Positions 20,230 to 29,430 of a DNA stretch of 64,000 nucleotides are shown here, one piece after another. Each line of letters starts with the position of its first letter. Positions within the stretch are counted from its first letter, which is position 1. The DNA comes from a bacterium. Its GTDB lineage: Bacteria; Bacteroidota; Bacteroidia; Bacteroidales; Bacteroidaceae. Location: positions 2,586 to 66,585 of the forward strand of contig CAVHOL010000004.1 in NCBI GenBank assembly GCA_963637655.1, given 5' to 3'. The notes beneath the pieces were generated by a model that did not search any database, was not told the DNA's origin, and worked only from the letters and a program-made list of their open reading frames with translations. The position numbers and the translations under genes were made by a program.

Positions 20230-20835
20230 ATGACAACATTCATCACCGCCCACTGGCTCGACATACTGACCACCGTACTGGGCCTCATCTACATACTGCT
20301 CGAATACCGGGCCAGCATCGCCCTGTGGATAGTCGGCATCATCATGCCGGCCCTCGACATCTATCTCTACTGGAGCCACGGCCTGTATGGCGACGCCGGC
20401 ATGGCGGTCTACTACACGCTCGCTGCCGTCTACGGCTACGCGGTGTGGAAGTTCGGGCACAAGCGCGGCCAGACGCAAGACAAGGAGATGCCCATCACCC
20501 GCATGCGCCGTTCCCTGTACCTGCCCGCCACTCTGTTCTTCCTCGCAGCGTGGGGAGCCACCTACTACGTGCTCGCCGTCTACACCAACAGTACCGTCCC
20601 GCTCCTCGACGCCTTCACCAACGCCCTCAGTTTCGTAGGTCTGTGGGCACTTGCCCGGAAGTACATCGAACAATGGTTTTTCTGGATCGTCGTCGACGTC
20701 ATCAGCGCCTATCTATACGCCATCAAGGGCATCCCCTTCAAGGCCGGACTGTACGCGCTCTACGTCGTCATCGCCGTCATGGGCTACTGCAAATGGAAAC
20801 GCATGATGGCCCCGAAGCAGGAACAGACGGAATGA
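20230..20835 (+). CDS. pnuT: PnuC-family transporter, thiamine-type (PnuT) by context
   Basis: The track ORF was trimmed to MTTFITAHWLDILTTVLGLIYILLEYRASI. It has a polytopic PnuC-like topology and lies between a TPP-riboswitch receptor and a thiamine pyrophosphokinase gene. Confidence 0.8.
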   Translation: MTTFITAHWLDILTTVLGLIYILLEYRASIALWIVGIIMPALDIYLYWSHGLYGDAGMAVYYTLAAVYGYAVWKFGHKRGQTQDKEMPITRMRRSLYLPATLFFLAAWGATYYVLAVYTNSTVPLLDAFTNALSFVGLWALARKYIEQWFFWIVVDVISAYLYAIKGIPFKAGLYALYVVIAVMGYCKWKRMMAPKQEQTE

Positions 20836-20878
20836 CCGCTTTCCCCAAAGGAATCTAACTCAAAATCAATAATTCAAT

Positions 20879-21541
20879 ATGATCTTTTCTCGTGTAACCA
20901 AAAAGTCGGTCTTCGATGCCGTCATCCTCGGCGACGGAGATTTTCCCAAGCACCCCTATGCCCTGTCGGCCCTCATCAAGGCACCCTACGTCTGCTGCTG
21001 CGACGGGGCCGGAGCCCGGCTCATCGAGTACGGACTGATGCCCGACGCCATCGTCGGCGACGGAGACTCGCTGTCGGCTGACTTCAAGAAGCGCTACCAG
21101 CCCATCGTCCACATCGTAAAAGAGCAGGAGGACAACGACCAGACCAAGGCCACCCGCCACTGCACAGGGATCGGTTTCCGCCACATTGCCTACCTGGGCA
21201 TGACGGGCAAGCGCGAAGACCACACCCTGGGCAACATCTCGCTGCTCTGCCGGTACATGCACGAGTTCGATATCCGTCCCGTGATGATCACCGACCACGG
21301 CTACTTCATACCGGCCTGCGGCGACAACACGTTTGAGAGTTTCCGCGGACAGCAGATCAGCATCTTCAACACCGGCTCACGGGTACTCACCGGCGAAGGG
21401 TTCCGCTGGGCGCCCTACACCTACGGCGCCATCTGGCAAGGCACGCTCAACGAGGCACTGGGCGACAAGGTCAGCATACACGCCGACGGCGACTATCTGC
21501 TCTTCATGACCCACGAGGGCAAGCTGCCACCCACGAAATGA
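20879..21541 (+). CDS. thiamine diphosphokinase (TPK)
   Basis: 220 aa with VILGDGDFP ... DAIVGDGDSL ... EQEDNDQTKA motifs typical of TPK. Confidence 0.85.
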   Translation: MIFSRVTKKSVFDAVILGDGDFPKHPYALSALIKAPYVCCCDGAGARLIEYGLMPDAIVGDGDSLSADFKKRYQPIVHIVKEQEDNDQTKATRHCTGIGFRHIAYLGMTGKREDHTLGNISLLCRYMHEFDIRPVMITDHGYFIPACGDNTFESFRGQQISIFNTGSRVLTGEGFRWAPYTYGAIWQGTLNEALGDKVSIHADGDYLLFMTHEGKLPPTK

Positions 21542-21598
21542 GACTGCGGCACACCATGGTGCCGCTCCTTATATCAAAACAACAATACCAACAACCAC

Positions 21599-23671
21599 AT
21601 GTACAGACAACCACTCGGAAGGCCTGCGCCGCTGCGCTTCAAGCACTTCACGCGCAAAGGCTACGCCCTGTTCAGTTGTCTCGGCAAGGAGGTTCTCATC
21701 TGCACACTGAGCATCCCGACCCTGACCTACGCCAAGGCCGACGGCATCAGCACGCACACCGAGAAAGCCGACACCGCACATACGGCCATCGAAAAGACCG
21801 TATTGCTCGACGACATCGAGGTCACCGCCTCGAAAGCCCCCACCCTGCCTGGACAGACTGCGAGAATTGTTCACGTACTGGGCCGCGACGCCATTGCCGC
21901 CGCGCCGGTACAAAGTATCAACGACCTGCTCAAGTACGCCGCCGGCGTAGACGTGCGGCAACGCGGCCCCATCGGCGTACAGACCGATGTCAGCGTGCGC
22001 GGAGGCAACAGCGAGCAAGTGGCCATACTGCTCAACGGCATCAGCATCGGCGATCCGCAGACGGCCTACAACGCCTTCGACTTTCCCTGCGACATCGCCG
22101 ACATCGACCATATCGAGGTGCTCGAAGGACCGGCCGCACGCGTGTACGGCACGTCCTCTCTCGTAGGAGCGGTCAATATCGTCACCGCAACGCCCGCGCG
22201 CAGCAACGTCTCCGCCCGCCTGGATGCAGGCAGCTACGGATACGCAAGCGCCGGTGCGCGCGTCGCCCTGGCCGGCCACACCTGGAAGAACGCCGTCTCG
22301 GGCAGCTACACCCGCAGCGACGGCTACAGCCGATGCAAGGCCGGAATGCTCAACGCCGACTACCACGGCGGCAAGGCTTTCTACCAAGGCGGCTACGAGG
22401 ACAATACGATAACGGCAAGATGGCATGCCGGCATCAGTGCCAAGGATTTCGGCGCCAACACGTTTTATGGCGCAAAGTGGGACGACCAGTACGAGCATAC
22501 CATGAAAACCTACACTGCACTTTCGGTGGAGAACAAAAACGGACGGTTCCACCTCCACCCTTCCATCTACTGGAACCGCAACATGGACCGCTACGAGCTC
22601 TTCCGCAATGCAGAAGACAAGTATCCCTTCAACTACCACCGCACCGACATCTACGGACTGAACCTCAACTCCTATTTCGACTGGACGCTCGGGCGTACCG
22701 CCATCGGAGCGGAGATACGCAACGAGGATCTCGTGAGTACGGTCCTCGGCGAACGCCTTGAGCAGCCGTCGCACGTGCACGGCACCTCACGCGACTACGA
22801 GTACGGGCTCAACCGCACCAATATCAGTTTCATACTCGAGCACAACGTCTCGATAGGACGCTTCACGGCATCGGCCGGACTGATAGCCGCCAAGAACTCA
22901 TGGAACCACATGAACATGCGCGTCTACCCGGGAGCCGACCTCAGTTATGCCCTCACCGGCGGACTGCGGCTCTACGCCTCGTACAATACCTCGCTGCGCA
23001 TGCCGTCGGCCACCGAACTGTACTACTCGGTCGGCGGCCACAAGGCCGACAAGTACCTCAAGCCTGAGGAGATGTCGTCGGTAGAGGGTGGTGTGAAGTA
23101 TGTGGCCAACGGCATCCGCGCAAAGGCCAGCGTCTACTACAACCACTGCACCAACCTGATAGACTGGGTGCGCGACACCGGCGGCGACGAGAATGCCGTT
23201 TGGAAATCGGTCAACTTCACCAAGGTCAACGGTACCGGCGTAGAACTGTCTGCCTCCATAGACTGGCACGCGCTCTTCCCCGCACAACGGTGGTGCAAAT
23301 CGCTCAACGTGGCCTACAGCTACATCAACCAAAACAAAGTGGAAACCGAAGGTCTGCAAAGCCGCTATACCCTGGAGTACCTGCGGCACAAACTGGTGGC
23401 CGACCTTCAGACCACCATTGTCCCCGGACTTGATTTCGGCATCTACTACCGCTGGCAGGAACGCACCGGATACTACACCGATGCGGGCGGCACCGACCAC
23501 ACCTACCGCCCCTACAGCATTGTCGACGCTCGGCTCACCTGGACAAAGCCACGGTACCGCTGCTACGTAGAAGCCAACAACCTGCTGGACAAGACCTATG
23601 TAGACTACGGCAACGTGCCGCAGCCCGGCATCTGGGTCATGTGCGGCGCCTCGGTTAACATATATCTCTAA
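21599..23671 (+). CDS. TonB-dependent receptor (second copy)
   Basis: 690 aa with a plug (IEVTASKAP...VDVRQRGPIGVQTDVSVRGG...ILLNGISIGDPQT) and a C-terminal barrel. Confidence 0.9.
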   Translation: MYRQPLGRPAPLRFKHFTRKGYALFSCLGKEVLICTLSIPTLTYAKADGISTHTEKADTAHTAIEKTVLLDDIEVTASKAPTLPGQTARIVHVLGRDAIAAAPVQSINDLLKYAAGVDVRQRGPIGVQTDVSVRGGNSEQVAILLNGISIGDPQTAYNAFDFPCDIADIDHIEVLEGPAARVYGTSSLVGAVNIVTATPARSNVSARLDAGSYGYASAGARVALAGHTWKNAVSGSYTRSDGYSRCKAGMLNADYHGGKAFYQGGYEDNTITARWHAGISAKDFGANTFYGAKWDDQYEHTMKTYTALSVENKNGRFHLHPSIYWNRNMDRYELFRNAEDKYPFNYHRTDIYGLNLNSYFDWTLGRTAIGAEIRNEDLVSTVLGERLEQPSHVHGTSRDYEYGLNRTNISFILEHNVSIGRFTASAGLIAAKNSWNHMNMRVYPGADLSYALTGGLRLYASYNTSLRMPSATELYYSVGGHKADKYLKPEEMSSVEGGVKYVANGIRAKASVYYNHCTNLIDWVRDTGGDENAVWKSVNFTKVNGTGVELSASIDWHALFPAQRWCKSLNVAYSYINQNKVETEGLQSRYTLEYLRHKLVADLQTTIVPGLDFGIYYRWQERTGYYTDAGGTDHTYRPYSIVDARLTWTKPRYRCYVEANNLLDKTYVDYGNVPQPGIWVMCGASVNIYL

Positions 23672-24287
23672 ACTGCCCGAGAATACACACCTTACCACTG
23701 CGCGAGAGTTGGCCGGGATTGCTGCCCGGCCATCCTTCGGGCACTTCCATGCCATGACGGGCATAGTACTCTCTCCAATAGGGAGTCACTGTGCCCGTCT
23801 TGTCGTGAAAGGACATCGGGATGGGATCGAACACCAACCGGCCCGCCGCATCGCGGTAGCACTTCTGTACCAGTTCGCTACAATACATCGCACTGTCATC
23901 GGGCATGAAAAAGAAGTCGTAGGGCCGCCCGAGAAAAGCAAGCGCACGCTGTACCGACGCGGCGACACCGACAGTATCCTTCAGCCGCCCCACCAGCACC
24001 AGCGAATCGCGCTGCAAGAGAAAGGAGTCGATCGGCGTGAGCACGACGCCGCGGTGTACGGCCTCGAGCGCATACGCCGCGCCCTTCTCCCGATGCACGA
24101 TGGCTACATGGTCGATACGCCTTCCGTCAACGCCCGCCGTGACATCTGTGATGGCATTGCCGTCGGAAGAAACGCAGAACAGCAGGTCGCCCTCGCAAAG
24201 GAAATCCTGCGCGGGGGACGGGACTGCCCATGAAAGCACGGTATACAACAGAAGAAGACGGAAGTACAGATTCATTGGAAGACACAT
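23655..24287 (-). CDS. YiiX/YaeF-type permuted papain-like (NlpC/P60 superfamily) hydrolase, secreted
   Basis: 210 aa with a signal peptide and the motifs GDLLF, IDHVAIV, GRPYDFFF and MYCSELV. Confidence 0.75.
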   Translation of the reverse strand: MCLPMNLYFRLLLLYTVLSWAVPSPAQDFLCEGDLLFCVSSDGNAITDVTAGVDGRRIDHVAIVHREKGAAYALEAVHRGVVLTPIDSFLLQRDSLVLVGRLKDTVGVAASVQRALAFLGRPYDFFFMPDDSAMYCSELVQKCYRDAAGRLVFDPIPMSFHDKTGTVTPYWREYYARHGMEVPEGWPGSNPGQLSRSGKVCILGQFRDIC

Positions 24288-24301
24288 CTTTACTCGTCGG
24301 T

Positions 24302-25567
24302 TTACTCGTCAGCAGCCCAGCTGTCGTCCACCGTATAGAGAAAGTCGTTGTACGGATATTTCTGCACATGCATCTCGCGTACCTTACGGTACAGCGTGTC
24401 ACGCATTTCCTCTATATTGGTCTTTTCGCGCGCAGAGATGAAGAGGCAGTTGTCGCCCATCTTGCCCATCCAGGTGTGGCGGAGCTCATCGAGCGTGACG
24501 TTCTCTTTCGTGCGGGGCGTGAGGTCATCCTCCTCCTTTTCCACCCACTTGTAGTTGTCGATCTTGTTGAAGACAATCATGCTCGGCTTGTCGGCGCAGC
24601 CCAGTTCGGAGAGCGTTTTCTCGACGACACGTATCTGCTCCTCAAAGTCGGGATGGGAGATGTCTACCACATGCACGAGCAGATCGGCCTCGCGCACCTC
24701 GTCGAGCGTAGACTTGAAGGAGTCGACCAGGTCGGTAGGCAGCTTGCGGATGAAGCCGACCGTATCGGCAAGCAGGAAGGGCAGGTTTTCGATGACCACC
24801 TTGCGCACCGTCGTGTCGAGGGTGGCAAACAGTTTGTTCTCGGCAAACACGTCACTCTTGGAGAGCAGGTTCATGAGCGTACTCTTGCCCACATTGGTGT
24901 AGCCTACAAGGGCCACACGGATGAGGCGGCCGCGGTTCTTGCGCTGCGTGGTCTTCTGCTTGTCGATCTCTACGAGGCGCTGCTTGAGCAGGGTGATGCG
25001 CTGGAGGATGATACGGCGGTCCATCTCCAACTGGGTCTCGCCCGGTCCGCGCAGTCCCACACTACCCTTGCCGCCGCCGGATCCCGATCCGCCGCCCTGT
25101 CGCTCAAGGTGGGTCCACAGACGCTGCAGACGCGGGAGCATGTAGCGATACTGGGCCAGTTCCACCTGTGTCTTGGCAGCGGCAGTCTGCGCGCGCATGG
25201 CGAAGATGTCGAGAATCAGTGATGTGCGGTCGAGGATCTTCACGCCCAGTTCCTTTTCGATGTTACGCATCTGCTTGGCCGACAACTCGTCGTCGAAGAT
25301 GACCATACCGACTTCACGTTCGGCATCTTCCTCTGCCTTGATGAAGTCGCGTATCTCTTCCAGTTTACCCGTTCCGATGTAGGTCACCGAACTGGGTCCG
25401 GCCATACGCTGCGTGAAACGGCGTATGGTGACGGCTCCGGCAGTATCGGCAAGGAATTCCAGTTCGTCAAGATATTCCTTTGTCTTGGCCTCGTCCTGCT
25501 CTTTCGTGATGAGGCCTACGAGAATGGCGGTTTCCGCCTTGGCCTCTGATATGACGAATTCTTTCAT
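24302..25567 (-). CDS. hflX: GTPase HflX
   Basis: The track ORF was trimmed to MKEFVISEAKAETAILVGL. It has G1 GYTNVGKST and G3 DTVGF. A TACTTTTG -7 box at 25667-25674 lies inside the longer ORF, supporting the shorter start. Confidence 0.92.
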   Translation of the reverse strand: MKEFVISEAKAETAILVGLITKEQDEAKTKEYLDELEFLADTAGAVTIRRFTQRMAGPSSVTYIGTGKLEEIRDFIKAEEDAEREVGMVIFDDELSAKQMRNIEKELGVKILDRTSLILDIFAMRAQTAAAKTQVELAQYRYMLPRLQRLWTHLERQGGGSGSGGGKGSVGLRGPGETQLEMDRRIILQRITLLKQRLVEIDKQKTTQRKNRGRLIRVALVGYTNVGKSTLMNLLSKSDVFAENKLFATLDTTVRKVVIENLPFLLADTVGFIRKLPTDLVDSFKSTLDEVREADLLVHVVDISHPDFEEQIRVVEKTLSELGCADKPSMIVFNKIDNYKWVEKEEDDLTPRTKENVTLDELRHTWMGKMGDNCLFISAREKTNIEEMRDTLYRKVREMHVQKYPYNDFLYTVDDSWAADE

Positions 25568-25666
25568 TTGGTCTTTCTGATGTATTATTACATATGTGTA
25601 TATATGTGGCGCACTGCTGCATCCGCTATACGCCGGAGTCATGTTGGAGAAGGTTTTTGCTATCCG

Positions 25667-25674
25667 CAAAAGTA
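25667..25674 (-). promoter_or_regulatory. candidate -7 box TACTTTTG for hflX
   Basis: The minus-strand sequence matches TAnnTTTG, about 95 nt upstream of the ATG at 25565-25567. Confidence 0.4.
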
Positions 25675-25790
25675 CGAATAAAAAACTGGAATCCGCCTAA
25701 AGCACGGCCTAAATCCAAAGCCGGAAAAAGAAAATGCAAGTTTTTTTGAAAAAAGTTTGCCGAAAATTTGGAGGCTACAAAAAAAGTGCT

Positions 25791-25798
25791 TACCTTTG
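25791..25798 (+). promoter_or_regulatory. candidate -7 box TACCTTTG (with TTTG at 25767-25770 as a -33 element) for tRNA-Lys
   Basis: The spacing of about 20 nt between TTTG and TAnnTTTG fits the Bacteroides promoter consensus, about 35 nt upstream of the tRNA. Confidence 0.5.
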
Positions 25799-25833
25799 CA
25801 CTCGCAATTGAGAAACAAGCTTCTCACAAGCAA

Positions 25834-25906
25834 GCGTCCTTAGCTCAGTTGGTAGAGCAACTGACTCTTAATCAGTGGGTCTAGGGTTCGAGCCCCTAAG
25901 GACGCA
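25834..25906 (+). tRNA. tRNA-Lys (anticodon CTT)
   Basis: Manual cloverleaf: acceptor GCGTCCT/AGGACGC, D arm GCTC-AGTTGGTA-GAGC, anticodon arm ACTGA-CTCTTAA-TCAGT, T arm TAGGG-TTCGAGC-CCCTA, discriminator A; 73 nt in total. Confidence 0.95.
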
Positions 25907-25911
25907 CGAAA

Positions 25912-25942
25912 GACATCGACAATTTAGTCGGTGTCTTTTTTT
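25912..25942 (+). terminator. rho-independent terminator after tRNA-Lys
   Basis: Stem gacatcgac / gtcggtgtc (one G-U pair) with loop aattta, followed by T7. Confidence 0.7.
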
Positions 25943-26002
25943 GTTGTATATTATCGTATTCCGCCGCAAAAACGGGACAACAATACAGCAAAGCAAGAAT
26001 CA

Positions 26003-26615
26003 TGTTTTGCACACCCAGCCCCGTAGGGTAGGGTGTTCAAAATAAACATTTTTTACGAAATCTTTTTTTGTCTACCTTAAATATTCTAGTTCGTTGATAT
26101 ATAAGGCTTTTCATTAGACTTCTACAGTCATTCCATGTCGCATTTTTGTCTTGGCCTAAATTGTGTTTTGCACACCCAGCCCCGTAGGGGCGACATAGTA
26201 TAGCGTAGGGTTTCTTGCTGACGCAAGCGACAAAGTCGAGCGGCCCCTACGTTTTAGGGTTGTGTTTTGACCGTTGCCCCTGTAGGGGGCGCATAATTAA
26301 ATTGAATATGGATGAATTATACGCCCCCTACAGGGGCAACGTTTGAGAAACCCGTTTGAGATAGGGCCCGCTCGACTTTGTCGCTTGCCTTGGCAAGAAG
26401 GCCCTATCCTATATTATGTCGCCCCTACAGGGCTGGGAGTACTATAATCCCCAAACAGAGCATTTAGGATAAGACAATTTATGAACCGTCCTGGGATGTT
26501 CCAACTCGTTTACTACGAGACTCTTCAAAGGATTCTTATGGGCATTTAATACTGCATTTTCTGTCTCGTAAAAAATGTTCATTTTGAACACCCTACGGGG
26601 CTGGGATATGCAACA
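26003..26615. repeat. roughly 0.6-kb nested imperfect palindrome built from CCCC..GGGG hairpin modules
   Basis: The symmetry centre is near 26306. Inner arms 26175-26298 and 26315-26437 are largely complementary. Outer motif gttttgcacaCCCAGCCCCGTAGGG occurs at 26004 and 26165, with inverted copies at about 26420-26437 and 26591-26605. No convincing CDS is present. Confidence 0.75.
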
Positions 26616-26828
26616 CCTCTCTGTGTAGTTCTTGTAGGGCTGTAAATACAACGTCCCCTTGTGTGGTTTTTATCAATCTGACCATGACGCAAAGGAACAC
26701 AGAACACAAATGGAGCTTCTTCGGTTTACCGTACACCAATAACTACAAAAACAGTCCAAAACGCCCTGTGCATTTCTGCCCGCGACGTTTTGGGCTGCTT
26801 CTATATTGCAGTCAGCAAACCGGGAGGA

Positions 26829-27227
26829 CTACCCTACCCCGAGCAGCTCCACTTCGAAGATGAGGGTAGAGCCGCCGGGGATGCCCGGCTGCGAAAATTT
26901 GCCGTAGCCCATCTCCGAGGGAATGTACAGTTCCCATTGGTCGCCGACATGCATCTGCTGCATGGCGACAATCCAACCGTCTATCAGATCGGAGAGCCGC
27001 ATGGCAAAGGGCGTTCCGCCACGACTGGAGTCAAACTTCTTGCCGTTGATGGTCCAGCCGGTATAATGGGCGGTGACGATACTGCGCCGGGTAGGTGATG
27101 GCCCGGTGGGGTCGCCGGACTTCAAGACCTTATAGTAGATACCCTGCGGAAGGGACAGTACACCCTCCTCCTTTGCCTTTTCCGCCAGCCAGCGGCGGTT
27201 GGCTTCTATATATTCTTTCTTTGCCAT
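26829..27227 (-). CDS. FKBP-type peptidyl-prolyl cis-trans isomerase
   Basis: 132 aa with VTAHYTGWTINGKKFDSS ... LIDGW ... MHVGDQWELYIPSEMGYG ... IPGGSTLIFEVELL. Confidence 0.9.
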   Translation of the reverse strand: MAKKEYIEANRRWLAEKAKEEGVLSLPQGIYYKVLKSGDPTGPSPTRRSIVTAHYTGWTINGKKFDSSRGGTPFAMRLSDLIDGWIVAMQQMHVGDQWELYIPSEMGYGKFSQPGIPGGSTLIFEVELLGVG

Positions 27228-27243
27228 GATGATAATATACCAA

Positions 27244-29430
27244 TTACTTCACGACGATTTTCTTCGCCGTTCCGTTGTCGTAGCGTATGATATTGATACC
27301 GCGGGTGCAGGCCGTACGCGTCTTTCCGTCGACACCGTAGATGCCCACCACCTTGCAGGTACTCTCATCCGTTACACCCTTTATGGCCGTCGGCTTCTCC
27401 ACCTGTGCAGTCATGGCGAATATGGTAGGACGTCCGCCCGTCTTGGAGAAGGTCACGCTGCTGAGCGTCTTTTCCTTGTCCAGCGGTACGGCAATCTCAT
27501 AGAGGCAGCACACTTCTTTGGAATCGATCTCGTCGGCCCGGCCATAATAAGAGCTTGCGGTAAGGATACGTCCCAGACTGTTGACCGCATCGTCTGCATC
27601 TTCAGTCTGTCCGTACCAGTCGGCCACGGTTGCCGAGGTGGAAGTACCGGATGTACCGTCGGTGTACTTTGGCGTGACGGTCAGCACCGACTTGCCGTCG
27701 GCACTGATAGCCAGACAATAGAGCGTCTTTCCCTGTATGCGGTCGCTGACTTTAAGTTCATAGTCAGAGGTTGAAGTCATGGTCAGCGCATTGTCGGCGG
27801 TATAGTCGGCAAGCACATAGGTCACGCCCTCAGCGGAGGTCACGGTATGGTCATCGCCGGCGAGCGCACCGCTCTCCTGCACAGCTGTAGTATAGAGGGT
27901 ATAACCGGCCGCGTCGACAGTACCTGTGACATGAGAGGCAGACGGCGTAGCCTCGGCGATAACGTCGGCATTAAAACCATTCGACACGGTGAGCGCCGTG
28001 AAATCGCCCGAAAGCGGAGTCTTGATCTTCCAGGCCTTGTCCATGAAGGCAAGACGGCTGGTGACAAACGACTTCAGCGCACTGACCTTGCTGCTGAACG
28101 AACCGAAATGGCTGTTCCAGGCCTCATTGTCGCGGTCGAGCGCACCGCTCTCCTGGAGCACGGTGGCCATAGAGTCTATTTTCGCCGTAATGAACGCCTC
28201 GGAATAGTTGCCCTCGCGACGCTCGGTCCACCGCTGGCGCAACTCCTGCACATAGGCGGGGTCGTTCATCAGTTTATACCAGAAGAAGGGCACAAGCTGC
28301 TGGTCGGCCGAAGCCATAAGGTCATTGCTCTTGTAGCGCCATGTCGAGGAGTTGTTGGCATCATAGTAGTTGGCTATGCCGTAGGCGATATTGAAATCCC
28401 AAAGGGCCGTTTTCCATTTGGCGTCAGTACCGAGCTTGGCAGCGTGCGTCTCACTGTACTTGTAGAGCGGCGTGCTCAGACGGTAGGCATCGACATTGTT
28501 GGAGAATTCCTGGGCAATCTGATAATCGATGAACGACTGCACGTCGATATACTTCCGGTAGCCGTTCTCGCCGGTATAGTCGGAAGTGGTGAACGAGCTT
28601 TCCATATCTTCGATGGCATTGCCGATGGCTTCCTCCACACCCGAAGGCAGGTCGGCAAAGTCATCATACTCCGGCTCCTTGTACTGGTAGGCCACCGTGC
28701 GGTCGGTGTACTCCACACCCGTGCTGCTCACCGGATGGTGCTTGGAGACATAGTAATGGTCCTCGTCCTTGCGGTCGATCTCTACATGGAAGTCACCCGT
28801 AAGGTCATCTGCGGTAGGATCGTCGAGATTGAGACGGTTTTTGCCTTTCGTGGCACGTTCAGACATGATATAGATGCCGTAGTAATAGCCGTCGAGCACC
28901 ACTTCACAGAATTTCATGTGGGGCGCAAACGAGCTGCCGCCGCGTGCCAGTTCCATGGTCAGCACGTCGCGCATGTAGCTCATATCCTCCCACGGAGCGA
29001 GCATGGCCCAGTCATTGTCCTTGCCCATTCCCATGATCGACACCTTGGCCTTCTTGGCCGTAAGGTCGGCGGCAGACAGCGGACGGATAGAGAGCGGCTT
29101 CTTGTCTGATCCGGTAAACGAGGTGTTGCCGCGGTACTTGATGGCCACCGGACCTTCCCAGTCTACCGTCTGGCCGGCATGGGCGACAGTGTCGAGATAG
29201 TTGTGCCCGTCCTTGTTGTCAATGATTTTCACCGTTGCGAGCACACGGTTTTCACGCTCGATGGTCTGGCCGTTCACGTTGATGAAGACCAGCGGAAGCG
29301 TCGTTTCCGTGAAAGTGACATTGCGCGACGGTCTGAAATTGTTGGGGTCGGTGTCTTTTCCGGAGGCCGGCAACACGGCGGATGCCATCAATGTCCCCAG
29401 GAAGAAGGAAGAAAGTATACTTTTTTTCAT
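27244..29430 (-). CDS. CotH kinase-like family protein with probable T9SS C-terminal sorting domain
   Basis: 728 aa with a signal peptide and a CotH-like core (LPLVFINVNG..., KKPLSIR, DMSYMRDVLTMELAR, YYGIYIMSE). The C-terminus ...VVGIYGVDGKTRTACTRGINIIRYDNGTAKKIVVK resembles T9SS CTD motifs. Confidence 0.8.
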   Translation of the reverse strand: MKKSILSSFFLGTLMASAVLPASGKDTDPNNFRPSRNVTFTETTLPLVFINVNGQTIERENRVLATVKIIDNKDGHNYLDTVAHAGQTVDWEGPVAIKYRGNTSFTGSDKKPLSIRPLSAADLTAKKAKVSIMGMGKDNDWAMLAPWEDMSYMRDVLTMELARGGSSFAPHMKFCEVVLDGYYYGIYIMSERATKGKNRLNLDDPTADDLTGDFHVEIDRKDEDHYYVSKHHPVSSTGVEYTDRTVAYQYKEPEYDDFADLPSGVEEAIGNAIEDMESSFTTSDYTGENGYRKYIDVQSFIDYQIAQEFSNNVDAYRLSTPLYKYSETHAAKLGTDAKWKTALWDFNIAYGIANYYDANNSSTWRYKSNDLMASADQQLVPFFWYKLMNDPAYVQELRQRWTERREGNYSEAFITAKIDSMATVLQESGALDRDNEAWNSHFGSFSSKVSALKSFVTSRLAFMDKAWKIKTPLSGDFTALTVSNGFNADVIAEATPSASHVTGTVDAAGYTLYTTAVQESGALAGDDHTVTSAEGVTYVLADYTADNALTMTSTSDYELKVSDRIQGKTLYCLAISADGKSVLTVTPKYTDGTSGTSTSATVADWYGQTEDADDAVNSLGRILTASSYYGRADEIDSKEVCCLYEIAVPLDKEKTLSSVTFSKTGGRPTIFAMTAQVEKPTAIKGVTDESTCKVVGIYGVDGKTRTACTRGINIIRYDNGTAKKIVVK

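Noticed and set aside
26003-26615. Possible CRISPR array or integrated mobile element next to tRNA-Lys.
   Set aside because: The repeats are inverted and nested rather than direct with a regular period. No integrase, transposase or tRNA 3'-end duplication is visible in the window. It is kept only as an unexplained palindromic locus.
26442-26651. 69-aa ORF (and its 46-aa sub-ORF from MNIFYE at 26582) inside the palindromic region.
   Set aside because: The mirror-image arm carries the same opening (..INIFYE..) but hits a stop almost at once. The ORF therefore looks like a by-product of the inverted duplication, and no homology was recognised.
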